DNA from: Bacilli bacterium
GTDB taxonomy: Bacteria; Bacillota_I; Bacilli_A; RFN20; CAG-826
Assembly: GCA_045597865.1 (NCBI GenBank)
Contig: JAZLKX010000039.1
Span: 1 to 64,000, forward strand
Direction of reading: 5' to 3'
DNA length: 64,000 bases
Shown here: piece by piece, positions 30,893 through 40,103 of the stretch
How the letters are laid out: every line of letters begins with the position of its first letter
Position numbering within the stretch: the first letter of the stretch is position 1
The notes under the pieces: model-generated
Database searches by the model: none
Told to the model about the DNA's origin: nothing
The model's input: the letters and a program-made list of their open reading frames with translations, nothing else
Program-made: the position numbers and the translations under genes

Positions 30893-33800
30893 TTATTTGT
30901 CTTCTTTTTCTGATTCTTTTTGTTTTGCTTTTGAAATGCTTTTAAAGACAAACATGCTTGATGATCCAGCAAATAAAGCTAAATCAACTACAGCAAATAC
31001 AATACAAATAGTGCATCCACAGAAAACAGTTGAAACAATACTGCCCACCAAGAAGACTCCACTAGAGATTGCACCTGCTAAACTATTTTTCAGTACAAAT
31101 AAGGATAAGGCTACTAATACTAATCCTAATGCCAATATGCCAATTAAGAACCAGTGATTAATACAAGTCTTATCAGTAATAACGAAATCATATGTTAAGT
31201 TAGCTGTTGTGCTATCTTCCCATTCGTAGTTATTGATATCTTTCAAAGATACAGTAACTTGATGTGTACCAGCTTCTTTTGCTACATTGCCACTAACAGT
31301 GTATAAATCGCTACTAGCAATATTGTAAGTTTGGTCTTTACCAGTGTAAGTAAATGATGTTGTATCTGCTGCTGGTTTTGCGACTTTTGCTTTTGCAATA
31401 ACAAATGTAAATGTTAAATCTTCACTGCTTCCATCAGCCCAGCAAGTATTGTTTTTATCTTTTAACGAAACTGTAACAGTGTAAGTTCCAGCATTCTTTT
31501 GGACGTTACCGCTTATTGTATAAGCATCACTTGATGGAATGTTGTATGTTTGGTTTTCGCCATTATATGTAAATGATGTTGTATCAGCATTTGGCTTAGC
31601 TACATGAGCTTTATTAATATTGAAGTTAAATGAAAGATTTTCAACGCTTCCATCAGCCCATTCATAGTTATCTTTATGATTTAAAGACACTGTGACTTGG
31701 TGATTTCCAGCTTCAGTAGCTTTATTTCCACTAACTGTGTAATGGTCGCTTGAAGAAACATTATATGTTTGCTCACTGCCGTTATATGTAAATGTAGTTG
31801 AATCTTCACTTGGCTTCACTACTTGAGCTTTATTAATAACAAATTCGAATGTTACATCATCAGTAGTTCCATCAACCCATTCATAATTGTCTTTATCAAT
31901 AAGTGAAACTTTAACTTCATATGTACCAGCGTTCTTTTGAACGTTATTGGATATTTCGTATAACTCATTATCATCAATGTCATAGGTTTGGTCTTCGCCA
32001 TTATAAGTGAATGTTGAAGAATCTGCTTGTGGTTTAGCTACTTGAGCTTTAGCAATGACAAAGTCATATGTTAAATCATCAGTAGTTCCGTCATCCCATG
32101 TATTAGTTGTAGGATCATTTAATGATACAGTAACTTCATATTCACCTGCATCAGTTTGTACGTTATTAGACACTGTGTAAGCATCATTGTCTGCAATTTC
32201 ATAGGTTTGTCCTTCACCAGTGTAGGTAAATTCAGTTGTATCTGCTTCTGGTTTACTAATCGATGTTGTGCTACTAGTAACTTCAAATTCTACTGGGTCA
32301 CTGTAATATTGAAACATTGGCATAGCATAATCCACTATGTATGCAACCATCTTATAAGTTCCAACTTCTAATGTGTCAGATTCAATGTTATCCCAAACTT
32401 CTGCATCATCAACGGTTTCGCCATCTGAATAGTACAAATACATGACTTCTTCCATTTCAAAGCCCCAAAGTTCTGCAACTTCGTGATCGGTAGATGGGGT
32501 GCTTACTGTTCCACCATATTCATAATCTGACATAGAAACGGTTGCATAGGTATTAATTTCTACGAAACCATCATTTTCTTCAGGATCTGCTGGTCCAATG
32601 TTGGACATGTAGCCATAACCTGTATCGTATGTAGGCACAATGCCTTCACAAACTTCAACTGGTATTAATGTTCCTGTTTCATCATCAATTCTTGCACCAT
32701 TTTTAACTGCAAATGGGGTTGCTTCGCTTCCGACAACAAAAAGACCATCAGTTTCGCCACCACCATAAAGTCCATAAAAGGAATTAGTAATAACTGTACC
32801 ACCTGTAATGGTGATTTGTGCTGGACCTTCATAACAAACAGCGGCTGCACCAATAGTAGAATAAATTAATGAATTGCCAGTCATTTCAAATTTTTCAGTA
32901 GCAACTGCAGAGAAAAGTTCATTTGACTCAGATCCAAGGGCATATAATCTTGAATTATCAATGCTAACTGTTTGATTAGACCTGATGCCCATAACTGTAT
33001 TTTCATTTGTTAAAACATAAACAAACGAGTTATTTTGAATTACTGTATTTCCTTTATCATCACTAACGCTATCGGTAATTTCTGTAGCTGCTATTCCAGC
33101 ATCAAAACCAATATATGAATTATCAATTAATAAATCGCCGTCAACTGTGTAAAGACAATCATGTCCAGCTTCCATTTCGAGTTGAGAATCTTTGATTGTG
33201 ATATCGCCGCCAAGACTGACAACTCCGTTTTCTTCAAAACAATTGATCTCTACACAGCCACTAAGTAAATTGAAGTCCTCGTTAACTAAAACTGTTCCGG
33301 TATCATCCTCATAATTGCCTTCATCTAGATGAGCGTTTGATTCCATAAACAATTGAGAATCATCGTCATCCATATCGATGGTTAAATTATCTGCAATAAC
33401 AGCACCCATATCAGCATAGACAAAGAATTTACCAGAACCAACAATATTTACATCTCCTGTTGAAATAATGCCGACTTTAAATTCAAACTCATCTAAGTCT
33501 AATGGTTTGACTTGTTCTCCAATTTGTGAAGTTTTTGTAATGTTTATTGTTAAATCATCAAGCTTTGAAGCAATACCAATTTCATTTAATTTGTAATCTC
33601 CATAACCAAAAGAATCGGTAGAACCACTTCCTTGAGAAACAATGAAAATATCATTTAAGCTTAAAGTGTTAGTTGTTGGGTTAAAAGAGGCTTTACCGGT
33701 TTTAGGTGCACCAGATGGTAAAATGTCATCTTTATTTTCACTTGTAACTTGAATACCAGCAATCCAAAGATCATAGTTTGTTGCAGCTTCCTTAGCCTTG

Positions 33801-34192
33801 TAACTTATTTGTGTAAAAGGTTCTGTCTCAGAAAATATCCAAAGACCACCACTAGCGCGAATGTCTGACCATTGAGAATCAGATAAAGAAATAATGCCAT
33901 GGTCACTTTCACTAAGATATGCAATTTCGCTCATAGCCTCATAGTCGTATATTGAAGCATTGTCATCATTAATAAATTCAATATGAAGATACTCTGGGTT
34001 TTCTTCTGGCAAATCGCTATTAGCTATTTGGCAAAAAGTTTCGTTTCCTGTCCAAATAACAGTTTCTCCTGCAGTTGCGCTAACTGCACTAGGTTTAGAA
34101 TTTGACAATACACCAATCATCAAAGGAACGTATAAAAACGAACACAATGATGTGAGTATTACTGCACGACATTTTGATTTCTTTTGTAGCAT
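30893..34192 (-). CDS. large surface protein with a beta-helix/carbohydrate-binding-like region, five ~73-aa Ig-like repeats and a C-terminal TM anchor
   Basis: signal-like N-terminus (start 34192 behind GGAGG); LWIAGIQVTSEN; five KP.AD.T.FTY.G..QTY repeats; 3 C-terminal TM helices. Confidence 0.8.
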   Translation of the reverse strand: MLQKKSKCRAVILTSLCSFLYVPLMIGVLSNSKPSAVSATAGETVIWTGNETFCQIANSDLPEENPEYLHIEFINDDNASIYDYEAMSEIAYLSESDHGIISLSDSQWSDIRASGGLWIFSETEPFTQISYKAKEAATNYDLWIAGIQVTSENKDDILPSGAPKTGKASFNPTTNTLSLNDIFIVSQGSGSTDSFGYGDYKLNEIGIASKLDDLTINITKTSQIGEQVKPLDLDEFEFKVGIISTGDVNIVGSGKFFVYADMGAVIADNLTIDMDDDDSQLFMESNAHLDEGNYEDDTGTVLVNEDFNLLSGCVEINCFEENGVVSLGGDITIKDSQLEMEAGHDCLYTVDGDLLIDNSYIGFDAGIAATEITDSVSDDKGNTVIQNNSFVYVLTNENTVMGIRSNQTVSIDNSRLYALGSESNELFSAVATEKFEMTGNSLIYSTIGAAAVCYEGPAQITITGGTVITNSFYGLYGGGETDGLFVVGSEATPFAVKNGARIDDETGTLIPVEVCEGIVPTYDTGYGYMSNIGPADPEENDGFVEINTYATVSMSDYEYGGTVSTPSTDHEVAELWGFEMEEVMYLYYSDGETVDDAEVWDNIESDTLEVGTYKMVAYIVDYAMPMFQYYSDPVEFEVTSSTTSISKPEADTTEFTYTGEGQTYEIADNDAYTVSNNVQTDAGEYEVTVSLNDPTTNTWDDGTTDDLTYDFVIAKAQVAKPQADSSTFTYNGEDQTYDIDDNELYEISNNVQKNAGTYEVKVSLIDKDNYEWVDGTTDDVTFEFVINKAQVVKPSEDSTTFTYNGSEQTYNVSSSDHYTVSGNKATEAGNHQVTVSLNHKDNYEWADGSVENLSFNFNINKAHVAKPNADTTSFTYNGENQTYNIPSSDAYTISGNVQKNAGTYTVTVSLKDKNNTCWADGSSEDLTFTFVIAKAKVAKPAADTTSFTYTGKDQTYNIASSDLYTVSGNVAKEAGTHQVTVSLKDINNYEWEDSTTANLTYDFVITDKTCINHWFLIGILALGLVLVALSLFVLKNSLAGAISSGVFLVGSIVSTVFCGCTICIVFAVVDLALFAGSSSMFVFKSISKAKQKESEKEDK

Positions 34193-34297
34193 CGGCTTTA
34201 ACCTCCTAAATACTTTTTGTAAGAATCTTACACTTATCATTTATAGTATAAAGTATTTAATACATAAAAATAACCCTAATATTTTCATATATTTTAT

Positions 34298-36985
34298 CTA
34301 TTCGATAGATTTAAATTTAGCTCTCAATGCATAGTCTTTATTTGGCATCTTAAAGCTATATGTTAGATTCTTGGTAATAAAATAATCAATAAATCCAATT
34401 TCATACCAACCTTCGAATTCATAGCCAGGATTTGGTGTTGCAACTACAGTAATTTGTTCATCATAAACACCTGTGCCTGTAACAATTTCAACTGTACCTT
34501 TAGTTTCATCTTGAGATAAGACAGTTAACTCGAATGTTTTAATTTCGTAGCGAGCTTGAATTGTAATTGGTTCATCAAATGGCCAAATACCACTTTGATC
34601 AAGTTTTTCTTCACCATAGAACCAACCAATGAAGGCATGTCCTTTTTTGTAAGGAGTTGGGAGTTCATAGTCACCATTAATAGGGTAATTTTCAGATGTA
34701 TATTCCAAATTTCCACCATTTAAATCAAATTTTACATTGACATAAACGTATTCTGTATACTTTGCATAAAGATACATTGTATCTATTTCATAAGACCAGG
34801 TTCCACTTTGAGGAATGATTGTGCCATTGTAGTCCCAACCATTAAAGTAATAACCAATTTTCTTAGGAACAGGTAAGGTGTATTCTTCTCCATATTTAAT
34901 TAGCATTTCGCTAGTATCACACGTTGCCTGATAACCAGCATAGAAATTAATTTTATAAATTTCTTGAACCCAATTTGCAACTAAATAAATATCTTCACCA
35001 TAAGTAAATGTGCCTGTAGAATAGAATCTTTCTCCATTATAAAGCCAGTTGCCTAGGTAATACCCAGGTTTTTTTGGATATGGAATTGAATACTTTTCAC
35101 CATAGGTTACTGTTAACTCTACTGTATCAGATGTTCCGCCTTGTAAATCTAAATAGATTTTGTATTGGCATGGAGTCCATTTAGCAGTCAAACGGAAGTT
35201 ACTGTCGTATAACCAAGTTCCTTCTAAAGGAATAGGGGTTGTATTTTGATACCATCCAGCGAAGTCATAATGTTCTCTAGTTGGAGTTGGTAAAGAGTAT
35301 TCTTCGCCATAGGTAACAAAGATCTGACTTACTGAGCACTCACCACCATTTGGATCTAATAAAGGATTATAACTTCTAAGAGTCCACCCTAATTTTAATG
35401 AAGTAGTAGGTTCAAACGTCCAGACGCCTTCAAATGGAATTAATTGATCACCATCATACCAGGCATCAAGATCATAACCGATACGCCATGTAGACGGTAA
35501 TGTATAAGCTTGGCCATAAGTAACTTCGATGGTTTTCACGCCTTCACAACCGCCATTGTAATCTAATTCAATTGTAAATGTTGCTGATGACCATCTAGCC
35601 ACCAATTCTTTATTTTCTAAAAAAGTCCATGTTCCGCTAAGGGTAACTTTCTCATCACCATCGAACCAGCCACCAAAAATGTGGTCCTCATATGATGGGG
35701 TTGGAAGTTCGTAATTTGAACCATAAGTTACTTCTATAGAGGATGTAGAGCTTTCTCCACCATTTGCATTTAATGTAATTGTGTATGTATTTATTGACCA
35801 ATGAGCAACTAGTTCTTTACTTTCTACTTCTTCCCATGTTCCGCAAGCGCTAAATAAATTATCGCCATCGTACCAGCCTAAGAATGTATAACCAATTAAT
35901 GATGGGGTTGGAAGTTCGTAACTTGAACCATAAGTAACTTCCAAAGATGACTCAGAACATTCACCACCGTTTGGATTTAATGAAACCATGTATGTATTTG
36001 TTGACCAATGAGCAACTAATTCAATGTTTTCTGATTCAATCCAGGTTCCGCTTATATTAAATAAGTTTTCACCTTTAAACCAACCTAGAAATGTATGGCC
36101 AACAAAAGATGGAGTTGGAAGTTCATAAGTTGAATCAAAAGAAACTTCTAAAGAAGAATCTGAACAAATTCCACCATTTGTATCTAGTGAAACAACGTAT
36201 GTATTTGCTTCCCACTTAGCAAGAAGAGTTTTGTCTCCAACTAATTGCCAAGTTCCATTTTGATTTATTTGTTGGCTTTCAAGGTACCAGCCTTTGAAAG
36301 AATAGCCTTCTTTGCTAGCAACAGGTAATTGGTAACTACTGTTATATGAAACATCAATGTAATTTGATGGACATGTTCCGCCATTTGAATCTAAAGTGAT
36401 GTGATAGCTTTCTGCATTCCATTTAGCAGTTAAAACCATATCTCCAGTGCTACCTTTATTAATTGAGCTAATAAATTCTCCGTTAAAATCCCAGCCTAAA
36501 AATTTGTAACCTTCTTTTGAAGTTTTATTTAAATCAAATGTAGGAGTTTCAATGTTATATGATGTTGGATTAGAAACACTAGTACCGCCATCAAGAATGT
36601 AAGTAATTGAATAATTAGTTAATGACCATTTTGCCTCTAAACTCACATCATTTTCAGGCATACTAAAAGTGTATGAAGCATCTGATGATACTTTATTGTT
36701 TCCTTGATAAAAACCATTGAATGTATAGCCTTTATTGCTTTGGGCTTCTACTACAACATTTGCATTTTTTAAGTATGTTCCACTACCTGTAACTGATCCA
36801 GCATTAGCAATGTTTCTTGTTACGCTAACGTTATAAGATTTCTCTTCTTCTGTTACTGTATTTGTAGAAGGAGATGAAGGAGGTGCAGGATTTGGAGCTA
36901 AAAATTTAAAATAAACGATTACACCGGAAACTCCGATTGCTGCAATAAGTCCTAATACAATACCAGCAATAGCTTTCTTTTTCAT
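34298..36985 (-). CDS. InlB B-repeat (Flg_new) surface protein
   Basis: N-terminal TM anchor; about 10 L..NGG...LP.P...GY.F.GW...L.A.W repeats plus flanking divergent repeats. Confidence 0.88.
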   Translation of the reverse strand: MKKKAIAGIVLGLIAAIGVSGVIVYFKFLAPNPAPPSSPSTNTVTEEEKSYNVSVTRNIANAGSVTGSGTYLKNANVVVEAQSNKGYTFNGFYQGNNKVSSDASYTFSMPENDVSLEAKWSLTNYSITYILDGGTSVSNPTSYNIETPTFDLNKTSKEGYKFLGWDFNGEFISSINKGSTGDMVLTAKWNAESYHITLDSNGGTCPSNYIDVSYNSSYQLPVASKEGYSFKGWYLESQQINQNGTWQLVGDKTLLAKWEANTYVVSLDTNGGICSDSSLEVSFDSTYELPTPSFVGHTFLGWFKGENLFNISGTWIESENIELVAHWSTNTYMVSLNPNGGECSESSLEVTYGSSYELPTPSLIGYTFLGWYDGDNLFSACGTWEEVESKELVAHWSINTYTITLNANGGESSTSSIEVTYGSNYELPTPSYEDHIFGGWFDGDEKVTLSGTWTFLENKELVARWSSATFTIELDYNGGCEGVKTIEVTYGQAYTLPSTWRIGYDLDAWYDGDQLIPFEGVWTFEPTTSLKLGWTLRSYNPLLDPNGGECSVSQIFVTYGEEYSLPTPTREHYDFAGWYQNTTPIPLEGTWLYDSNFRLTAKWTPCQYKIYLDLQGGTSDTVELTVTYGEKYSIPYPKKPGYYLGNWLYNGERFYSTGTFTYGEDIYLVANWVQEIYKINFYAGYQATCDTSEMLIKYGEEYTLPVPKKIGYYFNGWDYNGTIIPQSGTWSYEIDTMYLYAKYTEYVYVNVKFDLNGGNLEYTSENYPINGDYELPTPYKKGHAFIGWFYGEEKLDQSGIWPFDEPITIQARYEIKTFELTVLSQDETKGTVEIVTGTGVYDEQITVVATPNPGYEFEGWYEIGFIDYFITKNLTYSFKMPNKDYALRAKFKSIE

Positions 36986-37164
36986 AAAATTATTATCTTA
37001 TATTTTTATAAAAAAGTGTAGAAAAAATAAAATAAAAAAGTAGATACGGTTTTACTCAACTTTGTCTACTTTTTTAATTAGGGCTTTACTTTACAAGATT
37101 TTTTTATTACTAGATAATTTTTACTGATGTAAAAAGGAATCATTTATACAAAATGATAAATACC

Positions 37165-37632
37165 TTATTTCTTCATTTTATCCTTAATAATTTTAATGTT
37201 GTATTTGAAGCATGGGGACGAAATTTCAATCATTAATGTAAAATTCAAAACCAGCAACATACACATGAGTACAAGAGCGACACTACCCAAGTCTTCAAAA
37301 TAACTGTAATCTGTTACAAAAAGAAGAAATGCTACCATAGCAAAAAGGGATGTACAAAATGATATTAATGCAACCCATGTTTTGATAGTAACCATTTCAA
37401 TTCCTATTTTTTTATTTTTCTTCATTTGGTAGTAATCACCAACAAAAAACAAAACAATATAAAAAACTAAACTCATTAATAAGCAAATCAATAAAATAAT
37501 TGTTAATTCGTCGCTCGGAAAAATTAATTTAGAGTATCTTTTATCAAAACAACAAAAAAACATCAATAAAAAACTAATGATTCCTGATATAAATATACAT
37601 ATTTTTGAAAAAATAAATTGTTTATGTGTCAT
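37165..37632 (-). CDS. small 4-TM membrane protein
   Basis: hydrophobic 155-aa ORF, GGAG RBS, very AT-rich. Confidence 0.65.
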   Translation of the reverse strand: MTHKQFIFSKICIFISGIISFLLMFFCCFDKRYSKLIFPSDELTIILLICLLMSLVFYIVLFFVGDYYQMKKNKKIGIEMVTIKTWVALISFCTSLFAMVAFLLFVTDYSYFEDLGSVALVLMCMLLVLNFTLMIEISSPCFKYNIKIIKDKMKK

Positions 37633-37974
37633 AAATTTTCTCCATCATATATTTAAAAACAACATTGATGCTTGGTATCTTCTGTCATCATAATTTTATT
37701 CTCCTTAAACCAGCGTTTAATAATTAAAACAGATAAGTATTTTCTCTATCGAACATACGGTGTTTTTCTAAATCAACACAATCAGTTAATATTTTTAATT
37801 ATCTTCTTTTATCTTTCGCAATAAAATTCCCTTTTATCACGTTAATTTATTATCTTATAGAGAGAGAAAGAAAGAGTCAAGCACTATAATAGCATGAATG
37901 CTAATTATTGAAGAAAACCCTCTATTGCAAGAGGGAATTATGGATTTTGTCTTTGATAAAAAAGTTTACCCTCA

Positions 37975-38003
37975 ACTGAATTATTTTTCAGTAATATTAT
38001 AAC
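37975..38003. repeat. 29-bp exact copy of the ATPase promoter/operator at 27754-27782
   Basis: ACTGAATTATTTTTCAGTAATATTATAAC present at both sites in the same orientation. Confidence 0.85.
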
Positions 38004-38054
38004 CAGTTATTTTTGTTTGGTAGAACAATCGTGAAAAATAATAATGTTGAACTG

Positions 38055-39278
38055 CTATCCTTGATCCTTAAGCAGCCTCTTGTAGCTCAAATTCATAACA
38101 AGAGAACTTAATGGCGCAGTTATTAAAATAGATAAAGCAGAAACAGAAAGCACTATAATACCTGCAGCAATAACAACTTCTGCTCTAGAATTACCATTAG
38201 CAAACATTTGATTTCCTAGATCTAACAGTCCACCACCAATTGAGGCTTGAACTGTGGCTTTTGGCAAATAAGAAATAGTAACAAAAGATCTCTCTTTAAA
38301 GTTTAAATCAGTTTTAATTAAGCATCCTTGAACCATTAGTGATCTTGCGGTTAATGAGATTGCTAAGATTGCTAGAGCTGGCAAAATGTAAGTTGGAACG
38401 TATTCTAATCTAATTGATGCTCCAACCAAGAAAAATAGGAACATCTCAGCAGGAATCCATATTTTAGAAGCTTTAGCACTTAATGCTGTAGCCTTTTCTT
38501 TTCTAAACATTCTAATTACGATACACATAGAGATTGTTGCAAGTAAAGATGAGAAGCCTACATAAGGACTAATTACTTCTTCTAAAGCTACAAAGCCTAT
38601 ACCTATAGCGATTATTAAGAGTAATTTCATTGAATCTCTCGTGTGTACCTTTCCAAAAATAAGCTTTAATAAGAAGCCAAAACCTACACCAATTGCAACA
38701 CCAATAACGATAGATAACAAAATGTTTACAAAAGCCATGGTGTTTACATTACCGCCAGCTTCAATACTTATAAAAGTCTGATAGAAGACAATCATTACGA
38801 TGTCATCAATACTACTACCAGCTAAAACTAATTGAGGAATACCTTTCTTAGTTCCAACTTTTTCATCCATTAGTCTTGTCATCATTGGAATTACTACTGC
38901 AGGAGACACTGCACCAAGTACTGAACCAAGTAAAAAGGACTCAACATATGTTAAATCAAAGAATAAAGGAGCAACTAAGCCTACAACAATCATTTCAACT
39001 ACTGCAGGCATAAAAGACATCATAATAGCGGGTCTTCCTACTTTCTTTAAGTCTGCTACATCAAGCGATAAACCAGCTTTAACTAAAATAATAATTAAAG
39101 CAATTTTTCTTAAGTAAGGTGAAATTGCAGCAAGATTAGGATCAAATGCTCCTACCGCTTTAATTAAAATACCTAATAAAAGGTAGCCGATTAATGCTGG
39201 AACTTTAATTTTATTAAGTAATAGGAAAATTATTGCTCCACCACCTAGAATGATTAATAAGTCTAGAAAGAATAACAT
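38055..39278 (-). CDS. cation:proton antiporter (Na_H_Exchanger, NHA2/SLC9B-like)
   Basis: AVSPAVVIP, AGSSIDDI, YLPKATVQA; about 12 TM helices; start behind GGGAGG. Confidence 0.9.
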   Translation of the reverse strand: MLFFLDLLIILGGGAIIFLLLNKIKVPALIGYLLLGILIKAVGAFDPNLAAISPYLRKIALIIILVKAGLSLDVADLKKVGRPAIMMSFMPAVVEMIVVGLVAPLFFDLTYVESFLLGSVLGAVSPAVVIPMMTRLMDEKVGTKKGIPQLVLAGSSIDDIVMIVFYQTFISIEAGGNVNTMAFVNILLSIVIGVAIGVGFGFLLKLIFGKVHTRDSMKLLLIIAIGIGFVALEEVISPYVGFSSLLATISMCIVIRMFRKEKATALSAKASKIWIPAEMFLFFLVGASIRLEYVPTYILPALAILAISLTARSLMVQGCLIKTDLNFKERSFVTISYLPKATVQASIGGGLLDLGNQMFANGNSRAEVVIAAGIIVLSVSALSILITAPLSSLVMNLSYKRLLKDQG

Positions 39279-39300
39279 TTTGATACCTCCCAAAGTAAAT

Positions 39301-39340
39301 AAAAACTGACGTATCTAAAACAATGTCTAGATATCATCAG
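39301..39340 (-). terminator. riboswitch expression-platform terminator
   Basis: minus strand CUGAUGAUAUCUAGA-CAUUG-UUUUAGAUACGUCAG-UUUUU, overlapping the 3' end of the aptamer. Confidence 0.8.
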
Positions 39341-39383
39341 CATCAAATGCGGTTTGATTTAATCAGGGAGATATCATTCCCGA
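39326..39383 (-). ncRNA. fluoride riboswitch (crcB motif)
   Basis: minus strand GGGAAUGAUAUCUCCC...AAACC-GCAU-UUG-AUGC-UGAUGAUAUCUAG follows the known aptamer layout, including the GAUAUC/GAUAUC pseudoknot; extended -10 TGTTATGAT just upstream. Confidence 0.9.
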
Positions 39384-39410
39384 GATGTTTGTATCATAAC
39401 AAATTTAAAT

Positions 39411-39440
39411 AAAAAAACAAGGAATTATTTCTCTTCCTTG
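39411..39440 (-). terminator. intrinsic terminator ending the ~600-nt non-coding unit
   Basis: minus strand CAAGGAA-GAGAAAUAA-UUCCUUG followed by 7 U. Confidence 0.8.
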
Positions 39441-40010
39441 CCTATTGGAATTCAATAGCTTTAAATTTCAGAATTCCGTCAGATTAAACCGACCGATGTG
39501 CTTCTCATAATTTGTTTAAGTTGAAGCCCGCGTAGTTAGATGACGAACCAGGTCTTAGCTCCTTTAAAGCCCATCTAACTTTTTCCTAAGTACTAAGAGA
39601 CCAACTTAGGAAACATGTTCTCGTGGAGAACTAGGTGTTTGAGCTGCATTCACGTCATTTACGCATTATCCTTAGTGTTCTAAGGCATTAGCGTCACTGA
39701 TACATAGTTGAATTTTAATTGTATCAGCTGCACATCCTGTAGTCATTGGCTACTGGTTTCCTATTTGCTCATGTCTGGCTCCGGTATTACGCATACAAGC
39801 TCTAACTCTGCTACCGGTTAATATCACAAGTGATATCAGGGAGGATAATTCAACCACGAACTAATGAAGTTCACTTCAACAATTTTAACATAGACCTTTT
39901 AATGTCCCGAAAGGGTATCAACATCCCGTTAATTGCTTTTAACTTACTTATAAGAGAATTTCATTACTATTCTCAGGTAAGTTTGAAGTACTGCACTCTC
40001 TTGGCGCAGC
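39411..40010 (-). ncRNA. candidate large (~600 nt) highly structured ncRNA, family unassigned
   Basis: no minus-strand ORF in the track; own promoter and terminator; more than 12 helices, mostly with G-U wobbles on the minus strand; two pseudoknot pairings. Confidence 0.75.
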
Positions 40011-40017
40011 GAGAGAT

Positions 40018-40046
40018 ATTAAATCACTACTGAAAACTAAAAGCAA
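40018..40046 (-). promoter_or_regulatory. sigma70-type promoter of the candidate ncRNA
   Basis: minus strand TTGCTT-N17-TTTAAT with a TGn extension; likely +1 near G at 40010. Confidence 0.65.
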
Positions 40047-40055
40047 CAAAAATTT

Positions 40056-40081
40056 AAAAAGAGGACAAAACTTGTCCTTTT
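40056..40081 (-). terminator. intrinsic terminator of the DUF2075 gene
   Basis: minus strand AAGGACAA-GUU-UUGUCCUC-UUUUU. Confidence 0.78.
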
Positions 40082-40103
40082 AGTAAGATAATTTAGTTCT
40101 TTT

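Noticed and set aside
37652-37690. Tiny ORF MMTEDTKHQCCF with a strong GGAG RBS
   Set aside because: Too short to call; could be a gene remnant or leader peptide, but there is no supporting structure
39411-40010. RNase P, tmRNA, T-box or group II intron identity for the large RNA
   Set aside because: Short echoes exist (UCGCUGC, CUCCACGAG, AGAACAUG), but GAGGAAAGUCC, tRNA-like ends, the T-box consensus and domain V are absent
39438-40030. Plus-strand orientation of the large RNA (CCC-GAAA-GGG loop, weak TTGCCT/TAAATT promoter)
   Set aside because: Most wobble pairs, the better promoter and the U7 terminator favour the minus strand; not fully excluded without transcript data
39830-40033. 67-aa plus-strand ORF
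   Set aside because: GTG start without a clear SD, no recognisable protein features, and antisense to the structured RNA unit
39458-40044. Imperfect inverted repeat (GCTTTAAATTTCAG and CTGAAAACTAAAAGC) as MITE ends
   Set aside because: Short, AT-rich and mismatched, with no target-site duplication and no second copy in the window
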